Of a stretch of DNA of 64,000 nt, positions 49,440-60,610 are shown piece by piece. The position numbers and the translations under genes were made by a program. The stretch comes from Spirochaetota bacterium (lineage in GTDB: Bacteria > Spirochaetota > UBA4802 > UBA5550). The DNA lies in the NCBI GenBank assembly GCA_963663865.1, contig OY760686.1, positions 1,984,001 through 2,048,000 of the forward strand, written 5' to 3'. A model generated the notes under the pieces. It made no database searches, was not told where the DNA came from, and saw only the letters and a program-made list of their open reading frames with translations. Positions within the stretch are counted from its first letter, which is position 1, and each line of letters opens with the position of its first letter.

Positions 49440-49467
49440 TTGAACATAATAATCCCCCGGGTATAAT
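49440..49467 (+). promoter_or_regulatory. Candidate sigma70 promoter of the gsp operon
   Basis: TTGAAC-N16-TATAAT, followed by GGAG upstream of gspC. Confidence 0.4.
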
Positions 49468-49486
49468 AACGGAGTAATTCCTCTCA

Positions 49487-50350
49487 ATGCAAAAAATGAA
49501 GTATCAACTGATTAATATATCATCTGTATTGATATTTTCGTTCATAGCCGCTACAACTATAAACCAGATCATAGCCTTCAACCTTACCCCGGGCTATGCG
49601 GCCCTGTCGAAAACCCGTCCTCAACGCCGCCCTCCGTCGCAGGTTGAAAGGCCGGCTGAGATGGTAAGCAGTATTCTTGACTCCGGTTTTTTTATGGTGG
49701 GTGAGCCTATTGCTGTAGAGGAAAACAATGAACCCGCGGTTTCTGCTGAGGCATCACAGCTCACGCTGATGGGAACAATCACCGGTCCGGCTTCCATAGC
49801 CCGCGCCTTAATAAAAAAGAACGGTGAAAAAGAGCCCTCTGTTTTCGCTGTCAGGTGGATCAGTTCAGAGATTAACAATAATGTTTACGGTTATAAGCTC
49901 ATCTGGATCGGAGACACAAAGGTGACTCTTGACAATAACGGGGCCCGTTTTGTTCTCGACATGAACGCGAAGGAGGAACCGCCAGCTGCAAGAAGAGGTT
50001 CTTCAACTCCTACCGGAGCCTCATCCGTGAACAAGAGCATCAGCCGGGCGGAGATACGCCAGAAGGTCATGAACAATGTTGATGAGGCCATGAAAGGGCT
50101 CGTGGCAGGTCCCTACAGGAAAAACAATAAAATCGAAGGCTATATTCTCAGAAAAGTATCGCCAGACAACATTCTGTACACACTCGGCGCGAGAAGCGGC
50201 GACGTGGTCAAAAGGATTAACGGAAAAGAACTGAACAGCACCGCAAAGCTGTATCAAATGTGGCAGGCTCTGCCTAACGAATCCAAGATAACTGTGGATC
50301 TTGAAAGACGCGGCAAGCTGATAACCTACGATCTCAATATAACCGAGTAA
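49487..50350 (+). CDS. gspC: T2SS protein C with PDZ domain
   Basis: N-terminal TM, L.GT HR domain, LG.RSGDVVKRING PDZ; first gene of the gsp operon. Confidence 0.85.
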   Translation: MQKMKYQLINISSVLIFSFIAATTINQIIAFNLTPGYAALSKTRPQRRPPSQVERPAEMVSSILDSGFFMVGEPIAVEENNEPAVSAEASQLTLMGTITGPASIARALIKKNGEKEPSVFAVRWISSEINNNVYGYKLIWIGDTKVTLDNNGARFVLDMNAKEEPPAARRGSSTPTGASSVNKSISRAEIRQKVMNNVDEAMKGLVAGPYRKNNKIEGYILRKVSPDNILYTLGARSGDVVKRINGKELNSTAKLYQMWQALPNESKITVDLERRGKLITYDLNITE

Positions 50351-50377
50351 ACACTCAACAGCATTAAGGATAATAAC

Positions 50378-52144
50378 ATGACTAAAAAGACCAGACGTTC
50401 TATTATTTCAATAACAGTAATATTTCTTTTTTCAACGTTATTGGCCTTTAATTTCAACTCCACCTCAGCGTGGGGGCAGGCTAAAAAAGAGAAGGAGAAG
50501 ATGTTCGCCCTCAACTTCAAAGACGTTGAAATAAGCGAATTCCTTACTACTATGAGTCAGCTCATAGGAAAAAACATTATCATCGATGACAAGATAAAAG
50601 GGAAAATAACGATTGTTTCAGCAAAAAAAATCCCTGTTTCACAGGCCTATGAGGTCATGAAGTCAATTCTCGATGTCAAAAATCTCGCTGTAGTTGAAAC
50701 CAATAATCTCATCAAAATACTGCCGATTAGAGAGGCAACACAGAAAAATGTTCAGGTCATCGTTGACGGAAAGGCAAAGGATATCCCGTCGGTAACTGAC
50801 GCAACAATAACATACATGCACGAATTAAAACATGCCAGCGCCTCTGAAATACTGTCAGCTTTAAAATCTCTGAAGTCATCATCCACCGATATAATAGTTT
50901 ATGACCCTCTCAACACACTGATCTTTAGCGGAGTAGCATCTGAAATACACGGCCTGGTTAAGATAGCAACCAGCCTTGATAAGGTAATCAAAGAAGAAGA
51001 AGACAGCACCGGCATCACCCCGAGAGGTTTCATCCACGTTATCAATCTTGAGAATGCCGACGCAGTTCAGCTCGCGGAAGTTCTCTCAAGGGTTCCCTTC
51101 TCCGAAACCGCTAAAATAGAAACTGCTCCCATGAGCTCCGCGGCCGCACCGAAGGTTAATCCTTCAAGGAAAGCAAGCCGTGTGACACAGACACAGGCAG
51201 CATCAGGAGCAAAGGCCTCAAAACTTTCGATTATCGCTAATAAAGACACCAACTCGCTGATTATTACCGCTTCCCCGGATGAGTTCAAGGAAATACGCAG
51301 AGTTATCAGCCAGCTTGACACTGTCAGGGAACAAGTTCTTATTGAGGCGCTGATTGTCGAGGTTTCAGCAGAAAACAGCTGGTCTTTCGGTATAAACTGG
51401 ATGCTCGGCGGTCAATCCGGCACCAACATGTACGGCGGTTCTTCAATAAACAGCGCCATTGATGCTTCGAGCTTCGGCTCCACAATAAATGGAAAGACTG
51501 TAGCGATGCCGCTTGCCTCCGGTTTCCAGCTCGGCTACATGCCGGATACATCCGTTTTGAGTTTTATTCTCGTCAACGCATCAGCGTCGGACCAGAACTA
51601 CAATGTGCTTTCAACCCCGCAGATCCTGACAATTGACAACTCTGAAGCTGAGCTGAACGTGGGTGAAGAGATAGCATACGCATCAAACAGCAGAATAAGC
51701 GACAGCGGTACTACTTTTTACACATACGAATATAAATCTGTCGGTATAAAACTCAAAATAACACCGCATATCACAAACAAGACAAAGATTACCCTTGACC
51801 TCTATCAGGAGATCAATTCCATCATTGGAACAACAAGCGAGTCATCCACATCACCGCCGAATCTGGGGAAACGCGACCTCAAAACCAAAGTTTCGGTTGA
51901 AGATGGAAAAACAATCGTTGTGGGCGGACTTATTCAAAACAAGAAGGTAACCTCTGAGGCAAAAGTGCCGGTCCTCGGCGACATTCCGCTCCTCGGATGG
52001 CTCTTCAAACAGAAGACAACAGAGTACCAGAAGTCGAACCTGCTGGTATTCATAACGCCTCATATAGTAACTCAGCCGGACAAGCTTGACGCGCTCACGA
52101 GACAGAAGCAGGAGTCTCAGAGACGTCTGGATTCAGCGAGATAA
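50378..52144 (+). CDS. gspD: T2SS secretin D
   Basis: LNFKDVEI, TNSLII, QVLIEALIVEV, LSTPQILT.DN.EA and KVPVLGDIPLLGWLF. Confidence 0.95.
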   Translation: MTKKTRRSIISITVIFLFSTLLAFNFNSTSAWGQAKKEKEKMFALNFKDVEISEFLTTMSQLIGKNIIIDDKIKGKITIVSAKKIPVSQAYEVMKSILDVKNLAVVETNNLIKILPIREATQKNVQVIVDGKAKDIPSVTDATITYMHELKHASASEILSALKSLKSSSTDIIVYDPLNTLIFSGVASEIHGLVKIATSLDKVIKEEEDSTGITPRGFIHVINLENADAVQLAEVLSRVPFSETAKIETAPMSSAAAPKVNPSRKASRVTQTQAASGAKASKLSIIANKDTNSLIITASPDEFKEIRRVISQLDTVREQVLIEALIVEVSAENSWSFGINWMLGGQSGTNMYGGSSINSAIDASSFGSTINGKTVAMPLASGFQLGYMPDTSVLSFILVNASASDQNYNVLSTPQILTIDNSEAELNVGEEIAYASNSRISDSGTTFYTYEYKSVGIKLKITPHITNKTKITLDLYQEINSIIGTTSESSTSPPNLGKRDLKTKVSVEDGKTIVVGGLIQNKKVTSEAKVPVLGDIPLLGWLFKQKTTEYQKSNLLVFITPHIVTQPDKLDALTRQKQESQRRLDSAR

Positions 52145-52149
52145 GAGAT

Positions 52150-53847
52150 TTGAATATGCCGACAAACAGCAACATAGAAACAGTACTGGTACAGCAGAAG
52201 GTAATAACACAGGACCAACTGCAGGAGATTCTGCTGTCAAAAAATCCCAACCAGAAAACCTCAGAGGTTCTTCTAAGAAAAGGCCTTATCACCGAGAAGA
52301 ACCTCGTAGAGGCTATGGCAGTCCATTACGGTATGGATCACTCTTTCCATCTCGAATTCAGCGACAATGAAGGGCTTTTTTCATCCATACCTACCAGCTT
52401 TCTTCTCAAAAACAGGCTTGTCCCTTACAAGGTCAAAAAAAATAATGTCTATGTTGCACTGTCTGATCCTCTAAACATACAGCCTCTTGACGACCTTCAA
52501 ATGCTGTTACCTGATCACAATCTCATTCCGGTTCTGACTACAGGGGAAGAGATACAGAGAGTTGTTCATACCAACTATGAATCTTTAAAGTCAGAAACCA
52601 CCAATGATGTCATAGAAGACCTTGAAGAGTCGGAGTTCGAGATTCTTTCTTCTCAGATGTCTGAAACAACAGACATAATGGACATGGCCAATGACGCTCC
52701 GATTATCAGGCTGGTTAACACAATTATAAAGCAGGCAGTAAATGACAGAGCGAGTGATATTCATATAGAGCCCTATGAAAAAGACCTGGCTGTTCGTTTT
52801 CGTATTGACGGAATTCTGTATCAGTTATTTTCGCCGCCCAAGAAATACCAGAGCGCTATAATCTCCCGTATAAAAATAATGTCCAATCTGAACATCGCTG
52901 AAAACAGGCTCCCTCAGGATGGAAGGATTCAGCTGAAAATTGGCGGCAAGGACATCGATATAAGGGTATCAATCTTCCCAACTCATTACGGCGAACGTGT
53001 TGTAATGAGGCTTCTGAACAAAACTGACATGTCATTTGACCTTGATTCAATAGGATTCAGTCCTGAAAACCTCAAGACTTTCAACTCACTCATACAGAAG
53101 AGCCATGGAATAATACTTGTAACAGGTCCCACAGGAAGCGGTAAAAGTACCACTCTGTACAGCGTGCTTGTCAGGCTAAACTCCAGGGATGTAAACATAC
53201 TCACCGTGGAAGATCCTATTGAATATCAGCTGCACGGTATCGGGCAGATGCAGGTAAAACCCAAGATAGACCTTACCTTCGCCAGCGGACTCCGCTCCAT
53301 ACTAAGGCAGGACCCGGATATCGTTATGATTGGAGAGATCCGTGACGTTGAAACAGCACAGATAGCTGTTCAGGCATCTCTGACCGGCCACAGGGTGTTC
53401 TCAACCCTTCACACAAATGACGCCGCGAGCGGCATTACACGATTGATTGACATGGGTATTGAGCCTTTTCTGATCGCTTCGTCAGTTAACGCATTCCTTG
53501 CACAGAGGCTTGTAAGAAGGATATGTCCACACTGCATTGAGTCATATAAGCCTTCCCCTAAACTCCTTTCCGAGCTAAACCTTAAGCCCGGATCACTTAA
53601 AAATGGCAAACTTTACCGGGGTAAAGGCTGCGATCACTGTCTCGGAACAGGATTCACTGGAAGAACGGGAATCTATGAGCTTCTTCCGGTAACACAGGAG
53701 ATTAGAAAACTAATACTTCAGCACGCGGATGCGGCTTCTATCAAGGACAGGGCTGTTCAGGAAGGTATGAAGACTCTGTTGATGGACGGGCTTGACAAGG
53801 CAATTAACGGCCATACAACAGTTGAAGAGGTGCTCAGGGTAAGCTGA
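52150..53847 (+). CDS. gspE: T2SS ATPase E
   Basis: ASDIHIEP, RLPQDGR, GPTGSGKSTT, LRQDPD..GEIRD and the tetracysteine motif. Confidence 0.96.
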   Translation: MNMPTNSNIETVLVQQKVITQDQLQEILLSKNPNQKTSEVLLRKGLITEKNLVEAMAVHYGMDHSFHLEFSDNEGLFSSIPTSFLLKNRLVPYKVKKNNVYVALSDPLNIQPLDDLQMLLPDHNLIPVLTTGEEIQRVVHTNYESLKSETTNDVIEDLEESEFEILSSQMSETTDIMDMANDAPIIRLVNTIIKQAVNDRASDIHIEPYEKDLAVRFRIDGILYQLFSPPKKYQSAIISRIKIMSNLNIAENRLPQDGRIQLKIGGKDIDIRVSIFPTHYGERVVMRLLNKTDMSFDLDSIGFSPENLKTFNSLIQKSHGIILVTGPTGSGKSTTLYSVLVRLNSRDVNILTVEDPIEYQLHGIGQMQVKPKIDLTFASGLRSILRQDPDIVMIGEIRDVETAQIAVQASLTGHRVFSTLHTNDAASGITRLIDMGIEPFLIASSVNAFLAQRLVRRICPHCIESYKPSPKLLSELNLKPGSLKNGKLYRGKGCDHCLGTGFTGRTGIYELLPVTQEIRKLILQHADAASIKDRAVQEGMKTLLMDGLDKAINGHTTVEEVLRVS

Positions 53848-55094
53848 TGATCTACATATTCGAAGCATTGAACAGCAAGGGCGAAACTGTTACAGATACA
53901 GTTGACGCTTCCTCCGAAGGCACAGCGAGGACTAAGATACGCGGACTCGGCCTTTACCCGGTAAGCATAAGAAAGGAAGAGGTATCAACAAACGGGAAAT
54001 CTTCATCTTCCGTCGGTTTGAAAGGCATAGCAGCCAGGATAACCGATACGATCAGTGTGAAATTCAGTTCAAAACATGTCGGAATGTTTTCAAGACAGCT
54101 GGCTACCCTGCTCAAAGCCGGCATGCCGCTGCTTACGGCAATAACCGACATAATTGAACAGATTGAAAACAAGCACTTCAAAAGGGTTGCCTCAGATCTA
54201 AAGGACAAACTCGAAGAAGGTTCTACATTTTCAGCGGCCCTGTCGCGTCACAGAGGAATTTTTTCCGACATGTATATCAACATGGTGAGGGTTGGCGAAA
54301 ATCTCGGATCTCTTGACCATGTAATTGAACGTCTTGCCGAGATGGAAGAAAAGAACACAGCGTTAAAGGGGAAGGTGCAGTCAGCTCTATACTACCCTGC
54401 ATTCATGTTCGTCTTTGCAATAGCAGTTGTAACCTTTCTTCTTGTAAGTGTTATTCCAGCAATAGCAGAAATGTTCGCTGACCAAAAAAAAGACCTTCCC
54501 CTTCCGACTGAAATCATAATCGGACTGAGCAATTTTTTAGCAGACTACTGGTTCATTATACCGGTTGCCATATTCCTTATATACTACTACTTCAATAAAT
54601 ATAAAAAAACCGATCAGGGCAGAAGAAAAATTGATGAGCTCAAAATGCGCCTTCCCCTCGTAAAGAATCTTTATAAAAAGCTGGTTGTTTTAAGATTCAC
54701 GCAAAACCTTGGAATACTGCTTAACAACCGGGTTGACTTAATAAAGTCCTTCGAAATAGTACAAAAGATCGTAACGAACGTGATAATAGAAGAAAAGATT
54801 GTTGAGGCAACAAAAATGATCAAGGAAGGCTCACCAGTCTCGAGAGCTCTTTCCAAGTCTGACTTCCTCCCAAAGCTGGTTCTTGGAATGATTTCCGCGG
54901 GAGAAGCAAGTGACAATCTTGACAACATGCTTGTTAACATCGGAAAGGTTTACGAAACCGAGATTGACCAGACAGTAACAAGCCTTACCAGCCTCATTGA
55001 ACCTTTAATAATTATATTTATGGGCTTTATGATCGGTATGATTGTTCTGGCGGTAATGCTTCCAATGATGGAGATGAACCTTCTTGTACAATAA
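53847..55094 (+). CDS. gspF: T2SS inner membrane protein F
   Basis: FSRQLATLL.AG.PL, GE..G.L, AL.YP and LIEPLII. Confidence 0.95.
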   Translation: MIYIFEALNSKGETVTDTVDASSEGTARTKIRGLGLYPVSIRKEEVSTNGKSSSSVGLKGIAARITDTISVKFSSKHVGMFSRQLATLLKAGMPLLTAITDIIEQIENKHFKRVASDLKDKLEEGSTFSAALSRHRGIFSDMYINMVRVGENLGSLDHVIERLAEMEEKNTALKGKVQSALYYPAFMFVFAIAVVTFLLVSVIPAIAEMFADQKKDLPLPTEIIIGLSNFLADYWFIIPVAIFLIYYYFNKYKKTDQGRRKIDELKMRLPLVKNLYKKLVVLRFTQNLGILLNNRVDLIKSFEIVQKIVTNVIIEEKIVEATKMIKEGSPVSRALSKSDFLPKLVLGMISAGEASDNLDNMLVNIGKVYETEIDQTVTSLTSLIEPLIIIFMGFMIGMIVLAVMLPMMEMNLLVQ

Positions 55095-55173
55095 AAAAAA
55101 TGCTGTTACCCGCTCTTCATGCAAAAACATGACGGCGGTTCTCAATAATAATATAAATACAGGAGGATAGTAT

Positions 55174-55602
55174 ATGAAATCACAAATTATCAAAAAAGCC
55201 GGCAGAATATTCAAACACTTACGAAAAAATGACGGTATGACCCTTATTGAAATAATGATAGTAGTAGCCATCATCGGTATTCTATCGGCAATTGTCGGCC
55301 CCGCTCTTTTTAACAACATAAAAAAAGCGGATGTTACGAGCGCTAAAAATCAGATAAAAAACTTTGAAACAGCGCTTGAGATGTTCAATCTTGAAAACAA
55401 ATCGTATCCTACAACCGACGAAGGATTAAAAGCCCTTGTCGAGGGAGGATACATCAAAAAAATTCCCCAGGATCCCTGGAAACATGATTATGTCTACATA
55501 TCTCCCGGAGAAGAAGGCCGCGAATATGAAATAATAAGTCTCGGAGAAGACGGCAAGGACGGTGGTGAAGGTTTCGCTGCCGATATTAAAAGCTGGGAAT
55601 AG
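55174..55602 (+). CDS. gspG: T2SS major pseudopilin G
   Basis: G|MTLIEIMIV, YPTT.EGL.AL, DPW..Y.Y.SPG and S.G.DG..GGEG..ADI. Confidence 0.95.
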   Translation: MKSQIIKKAGRIFKHLRKNDGMTLIEIMIVVAIIGILSAIVGPALFNNIKKADVTSAKNQIKNFETALEMFNLENKSYPTTDEGLKALVEGGYIKKIPQDPWKHDYVYISPGEEGREYEIISLGEDGKDGGEGFAADIKSWE

Positions 55603-55629
55603 TCATCTTTCAGGCTGATAAGGCGGGGC

Positions 55630-56205
55630 ATGCTTACTTTGTTAAAAAAAAATGACGGTTTTACTCTGATAGAGATAATGGTTGTAATAGCACTTTTATC
55701 AATGCTGACAGCCGTCGCCCTGCCGAGAGCTACAAATTTTTTTAGATCGAATAAGGAATCCTTCGCCATAATGACTGGAGTTATGGCGAAAACCTTTGAC
55801 GATTCCTATTTAAAAAACCGTACTAACTACGTTGCTGTACACATGTTTCAGCCGGATCCGGGAGTAAAGGAAATCACTGACAAAGAAAAACGCGAGCTAT
55901 TTGACAAAAGCAATGGAATATCCGTATTGCTGCTACATAATGGAGAATTTGTTCCTAATGAACGCAAGATACTTTCTTTTAGAGATTTTCCTTCATCTTT
56001 TGTAATTGAAAGGGTTATCCTCCCGGGGGGCAAGACGATTGAAAGCGGGACTGCATTAATACCGTACTATCCAGATGGTTCATCATCAGATGCAATAGTA
56101 CATGTAACAGTCGATAATGAAAAGCGCTGGTCAATTCAAATCAACAAGTTTATGAAGGAACCGGCTGTAATAAAAGATCACATTACTTACAGTGAAGGGC
56201 CATGA
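55630..56205 (+). CDS. gspH: Minor pseudopilin H
   Basis: G|FTLIEIMVV prepilin motif; gene order. Confidence 0.8.
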   Translation: MLTLLKKNDGFTLIEIMVVIALLSMLTAVALPRATNFFRSNKESFAIMTGVMAKTFDDSYLKNRTNYVAVHMFQPDPGVKEITDKEKRELFDKSNGISVLLLHNGEFVPNERKILSFRDFPSSFVIERVILPGGKTIESGTALIPYYPDGSSSDAIVHVTVDNEKRWSIQINKFMKEPAVIKDHITYSEGP

Positions 56206-56597
56206 ACAATAATTGCGTGCTAAAGCATAATGTAAAAGGCTTCGCGCTCATTGAGGTTCTGATAGCAGCGGGTGTACTTTCAATTATTTTGCTGAGTATT
56301 TATTCAGGGATTTCAACCAGCATGAAAGTCATTTCAGGGGCGAGAAACAGAACTTACGCGGTAATAATTGCAAGAAGTGTTCTCAATGAGTTTCGTTATG
56401 ACAAGATGCGTGGCATGGACCTTAGCGAGGTACCTGCTGATGATTACCCTGGCTTCACCTATTCAAGGGTTACTGTGCGCTATGAAAACCCTCTTACCGG
56501 CGCTCTTCCTGCAAATAAGACAACCATTACTGTTACCTGGAAGGATAACACCCGGGATAAAAACTATACTCTTTCATATATTTATCCAACGTTCTAA
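56202..56597 (+). CDS. gspI: Minor pseudopilin I
   Basis: G|FALIEVLIA; size and gene order. Confidence 0.8.
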   Translation: MNNNCVLKHNVKGFALIEVLIAAGVLSIILLSIYSGISTSMKVISGARNRTYAVIIARSVLNEFRYDKMRGMDLSEVPADDYPGFTYSRVTVRYENPLTGALPANKTTITVTWKDNTRDKNYTLSYIYPTF

Positions 56598-57245
56598 ATG
56601 AAAAATTCACTGATAAAAAACAAATCCGGTTTTTCCCTTATTGAGGTACTCGTGGCAAGCGCGATCTCTTCAATGATACTACTGATGGTTTACACATCAT
56701 ACACAACCATCATTAAGACAATTTCCGGGATGAGCGGATATAGCGAATTCTATCAAAATGTAAATCTTACTCTTGCCCGAATCAATAAGGACATTTCAAA
56801 TATTTTCTACAGAACGGACAAAGACTATACGCCGCTTGTATCTACCGGGACAAATGAAAATCTCACATTCAGTTTTCTCACGGTCAATAAAAGAGATTAT
56901 AATATTCTGGGCAGCATTAAAAGTCAGAATCCGGCAACCGACATATCCGAAGTTCGCTACAGTCTGGCAAAAGACCCCGTAATAAGCGATCTGTATATCC
57001 TCACACGGACTGAAAATATTGATTATATCGAAAACCCGATGGAGGGCGGAGCTGAAAGCGTCGTTATAAACAACGTTATCAGTCTAAAGTTTGAATTTAG
57101 GACAGGAAACGACTGGGAGGACAGCTGGGATTCCAGAGAAACCAAACGTTATCCTTCAGAGATTAGAACAACACTCAGGCTCAGAGACTATAAGGGAAAC
57201 CCTGAAGAATTTAAGGTCATTTCATATATTGATATCAACGGTTAA
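56598..57245 (+). CDS. gspJ: Minor pseudopilin J
   Basis: G|FSLIEVLVA and C-terminal W.DSW...P..I motif. Confidence 0.82.
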   Translation: MKNSLIKNKSGFSLIEVLVASAISSMILLMVYTSYTTIIKTISGMSGYSEFYQNVNLTLARINKDISNIFYRTDKDYTPLVSTGTNENLTFSFLTVNKRDYNILGSIKSQNPATDISEVRYSLAKDPVISDLYILTRTENIDYIENPMEGGAESVVINNVISLKFEFRTGNDWEDSWDSRETKRYPSEIRTTLRLRDYKGNPEEFKVISYIDING

Positions 57246-57246
57246 A

Positions 57247-58458
57247 ATGAAGAAGATTAACTGTATAATAAACGCTATAATATCTGACTACAGAAAAAGA
57301 GCAGAGTCAATCAACCAGGAGGGCATTTTCAGCCGAAACAGCCCCAGAGGAGGCTATGTGCTCATCCTGGTTCTTATCATGACTACACTTCTTGTATCCC
57401 TGACAGGTGAATTCATAGTAGATTCACAAACAACTATATCATATATGAAGAAATTTGACTCAAAGGTCAAAGCCGAGTTTCTTTCCAAGTCAGGAATCCA
57501 CATTTCAAAATATATTCTCAAAGCTGACAAACAGGGAATAACGGGGATGGTAACCGGCAAGGATGTTGACAAGAAAATAGATTCGTACAAGGATTTGTGG
57601 GCAATGGACTTCCCGCCCCTGCCCTTCGATGACGGAACAATACAGATATCCATTTCTGATGAAAACGCAAAAATCAATCTCAACGCTTTCGCAAATGACT
57701 TCACCGAGCTTACCAGGTATTACTATATGGCTCAGATATTTTTCATAAGCATGGGCCTGTTGCCTGATTTTGCCGATCTGATTCACGACTGGGTTGATAT
57801 TGATAACACAAGAATGCCTTACGGAGCAGAAACTCCTGACACCTACTCGTCAAAAATCCCTCCATACTCTGCAAAAAACGGTGAAATGGACACGGTCGAT
57901 GAGATGCTGATGATTCACGGGATTACTCCGGAAATATATTACGGTCTGGGCCAGGGAAACACCGGTCTTGAAACCAAACTTGTAGATCACAACAGAGGTC
58001 AGGTTGAATTTAGCCTGGACATGGCCTCTCATAACAACGATACAGACAGCCCATCACGTGATGAAGAAAAAACACGACAGATCGGCAGGGAGAAAAGCCG
58101 CAGGTTGTCAGACTATTTCAGGGTCTATGGAGAACGGGACAATTTCCTTCATGATTATAACAAAATAAATATTAACACAGCATCTTACCGAGTAATATCA
58201 GCATTGACAGAAAATATGACAGATGCTACAGTGACAGAGATAATCAACAGGCGTCTTGCGGAACCATTTAAATCTGTTGATGAGATTCAGGATTTATTCA
58301 CCGACTCGGAAGAATTTGCCACCTTAAAAAAATATATTACTGTGAAATCCTACATTTTCAAAATTACATCAACAGCTACAGTGGATGATGTAACAGCGCA
58401 GATAACAGCATATTATAACCGCGACCAGGAGAGATTTCTCTACTGGAGTCAGGAGTAA
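57247..58458 (+). CDS. gspK: Minor pseudopilin K
   Basis: G|YVLILVL, I.DE.AKINLN, DWVD.D, GAE..Y and ININTA. Start placed at ATG 57247. Confidence 0.9.
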   Translation: MKKINCIINAIISDYRKRAESINQEGIFSRNSPRGGYVLILVLIMTTLLVSLTGEFIVDSQTTISYMKKFDSKVKAEFLSKSGIHISKYILKADKQGITGMVTGKDVDKKIDSYKDLWAMDFPPLPFDDGTIQISISDENAKINLNAFANDFTELTRYYYMAQIFFISMGLLPDFADLIHDWVDIDNTRMPYGAETPDTYSSKIPPYSAKNGEMDTVDEMLMIHGITPEIYYGLGQGNTGLETKLVDHNRGQVEFSLDMASHNNDTDSPSRDEEKTRQIGREKSRRLSDYFRVYGERDNFLHDYNKININTASYRVISALTENMTDATVTEIINRRLAEPFKSVDEIQDLFTDSEEFATLKKYITVKSYIFKITSTATVDDVTAQITAYYNRDQERFLYWSQE

Positions 58459-58474
58459 TCGGGGGTAGCAGGCA

Positions 58475-60079
58475 TTGTTTGAGAATATAGCAACAATCGA
58501 CATTGGAAGCAGCTCAGTTAAGCTCATTAAAATAAAGACAGGTTTAAAGAACTTCCAGATTAAATCGTTCTCCTTAGAAGAGATTGATCAAAACGAAACC
58601 GATCATGAAGCCGCGGTAAAAGCTGCACTCTCAAGACTTCTCGCAGAGGACGACCTTAAAGGGTGTACGATAATATGCGGTTTCCCATTGGAAAAAACTA
58701 TTATTCGAAATCTATCGTTCCCATTCGATGATATCGACAAAATCACAAAGGCAGTTCCATTTGAAGCAGAAGAGACTATTCCTTTCCCCCTTGATGAATT
58801 ATGTATGGACTTCCAGCCAATTGACAGTACCGGAACCGGCGAAGGTAAAATTATCCTTGCTGCCGCCCGCCGGGAAAGTGTCAGATCAACTATCAGCCTG
58901 CTTTCTGAATACTCACTTGCTCCTGAAGTCATAAGCCTTGAGAGCAATGCCCTTGCCGAGTGCTACAGGTATTACAATACAGTACAGGAAGAAACAGTAC
59001 TTCAGATTGACATGGGCTACTCGAAAACTATAGTCAATATTCTAAAAAATGGTTCGCTTCAGTTCACGAGGTCCATTTCATCCGGCTTGTATGATATTTA
59101 TGACAGAATAGCCACACTACTTGATACAGACATTGCTGGTGCTGTCAGTATTTTTAACACCCTCAGAATTGACCTATCAGCTCCAGATAATTCCTTAAAA
59201 GACGAGCTTTACAAAACAGTAAAAATCAAAAAAAATCAGGCAAAGAAAATAACTGAAGAGTGCGGTTTCTTCATAAAAAAACTCTCCGACCAGATTCTGC
59301 TGACCTTACAAGCCTATGACAGCCAGTCAACCTTTGAAAATTATTCAAGAATACTTATTTCAGGCGGCGGGGCAAACATTAACGGCATAGGGAGTTCCCT
59401 TGCCAGGCAACTTGGCGGAATAGTAGTATCCATGCCGATGCCGGAGGAATTCAGAGAGCACGACATGCAGCATCAGTTTACTGTTGCTTTCGGCCAGTTC
59501 CTGGCTTACTCGGACAGACGCAGACAAAAGATTAATTTCCTTAAGGAAGCGTTTACAGGTGAAAAAGGCAAAAAATCGAGAAAAGCCTATTATCTTTCAG
59601 GTTTTTTCCTGATTCTCACTTTAATTACCCTCTTAATAAATATAGTATCATCCATTATAATCACCTCAATATCAAACTCAGAAATTGATGAGACGATACA
59701 ATCTCAGTACAAAAAATTATTCAAGGTCAATTCAGCCGTTGAATCTCCACTGGATGAAGCAAGGAAAAAACTAAAGTCATCCCGGAAGGAAATTGAGACG
59801 ATATCCTCTTTAGTTCCGCTTGATGAACGGCTTATTTCAATAATTCACAAAATAACATCATCTCTAAAGAATGACGGGTCATTCGAAGTGACCAACATGG
59901 TGTATAACGAACGTATAATGAGAATTGACGGAAAGGTATCAAGTGCATCAATAATTGATCAAATGCGCAATCAGTTGCAGAAAGACCAGGCTTTTGAATC
60001 AGTTCAGGCGGATATCAAGTCGTCCGGCAAAACTGAGGTGATTTTTACACTTACCATTCAGCAAAAAAAGCGTAAATAA
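58475..60079 (+). CDS. gspL: T2SS protein L (PilM-like actin fold + PilN-like C-terminus)
   Basis: IDIGSSSVK, IDMG..KT, ISGGGA, INFL followed by a TM helix. Confidence 0.8.
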   Translation: MFENIATIDIGSSSVKLIKIKTGLKNFQIKSFSLEEIDQNETDHEAAVKAALSRLLAEDDLKGCTIICGFPLEKTIIRNLSFPFDDIDKITKAVPFEAEETIPFPLDELCMDFQPIDSTGTGEGKIILAAARRESVRSTISLLSEYSLAPEVISLESNALAECYRYYNTVQEETVLQIDMGYSKTIVNILKNGSLQFTRSISSGLYDIYDRIATLLDTDIAGAVSIFNTLRIDLSAPDNSLKDELYKTVKIKKNQAKKITEECGFFIKKLSDQILLTLQAYDSQSTFENYSRILISGGGANINGIGSSLARQLGGIVVSMPMPEEFREHDMQHQFTVAFGQFLAYSDRRRQKINFLKEAFTGEKGKKSRKAYYLSGFFLILTLITLLINIVSSIIITSISNSEIDETIQSQYKKLFKVNSAVESPLDEARKKLKSSRKEIETISSLVPLDERLISIIHKITSSLKNDGSFEVTNMVYNERIMRIDGKVSSASIIDQMRNQLQKDQAFESVQADIKSSGKTEVIFTLTIQQKKRK

Positions 60080-60094
60080 CGGCGGTTATCAGGC

Positions 60095-60610
60095 ATGTTA
60101 AATCTATCAAAACGTGAACTATTACTTTTAAAAGTCTTTGGTGCCCTTGCAGGCGCATTCGGTCTTTATTTTCTCATTATTTCGCCGGTGATTAATCTTA
60201 AAAGTAATATTGAAAACCAGTCAGAAAAAAATCGGGGGATGCTGGTTGAACTTCAATCAATTTACAATGAGTACACAGAAGTTCAAAGCACAAAAAAAAG
60301 ATATGAGCAGCTGTTAAAAAACAGCAAAAACATAGCGACATCAATTGAAAAAATTGCCTCCGATCTTAACATAAAAAACAACATGGCCCATAACCGTGAT
60401 AGCCAGTCCAAAGTGCAAAATAAATACACAAAGATTTCTTCTGATGTCAAGTTCGAAGGCATTGGTATGAAAGAAGCAATTGATTTTATTCACAAGATCG
60501 AATCATCTAACGCCCTTATCAATATCAGCTATCTGCGCATAAGCCAGGCTTTTAAAGAAAAAAGCACATATGATGTTACTCTAAAAATCGACACTTACAG
60601 AACAGAATAA
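60095..60610 (+). CDS. gspM: T2SS protein M
   Basis: LSKRE..LL followed by TM and coiled coil; gene order. Confidence 0.78.
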   Translation: MLNLSKRELLLLKVFGALAGAFGLYFLIISPVINLKSNIENQSEKNRGMLVELQSIYNEYTEVQSTKKRYEQLLKNSKNIATSIEKIASDLNIKNNMAHNRDSQSKVQNKYTKISSDVKFEGIGMKEAIDFIHKIESSNALINISYLRISQAFKEKSTYDVTLKIDTYRTE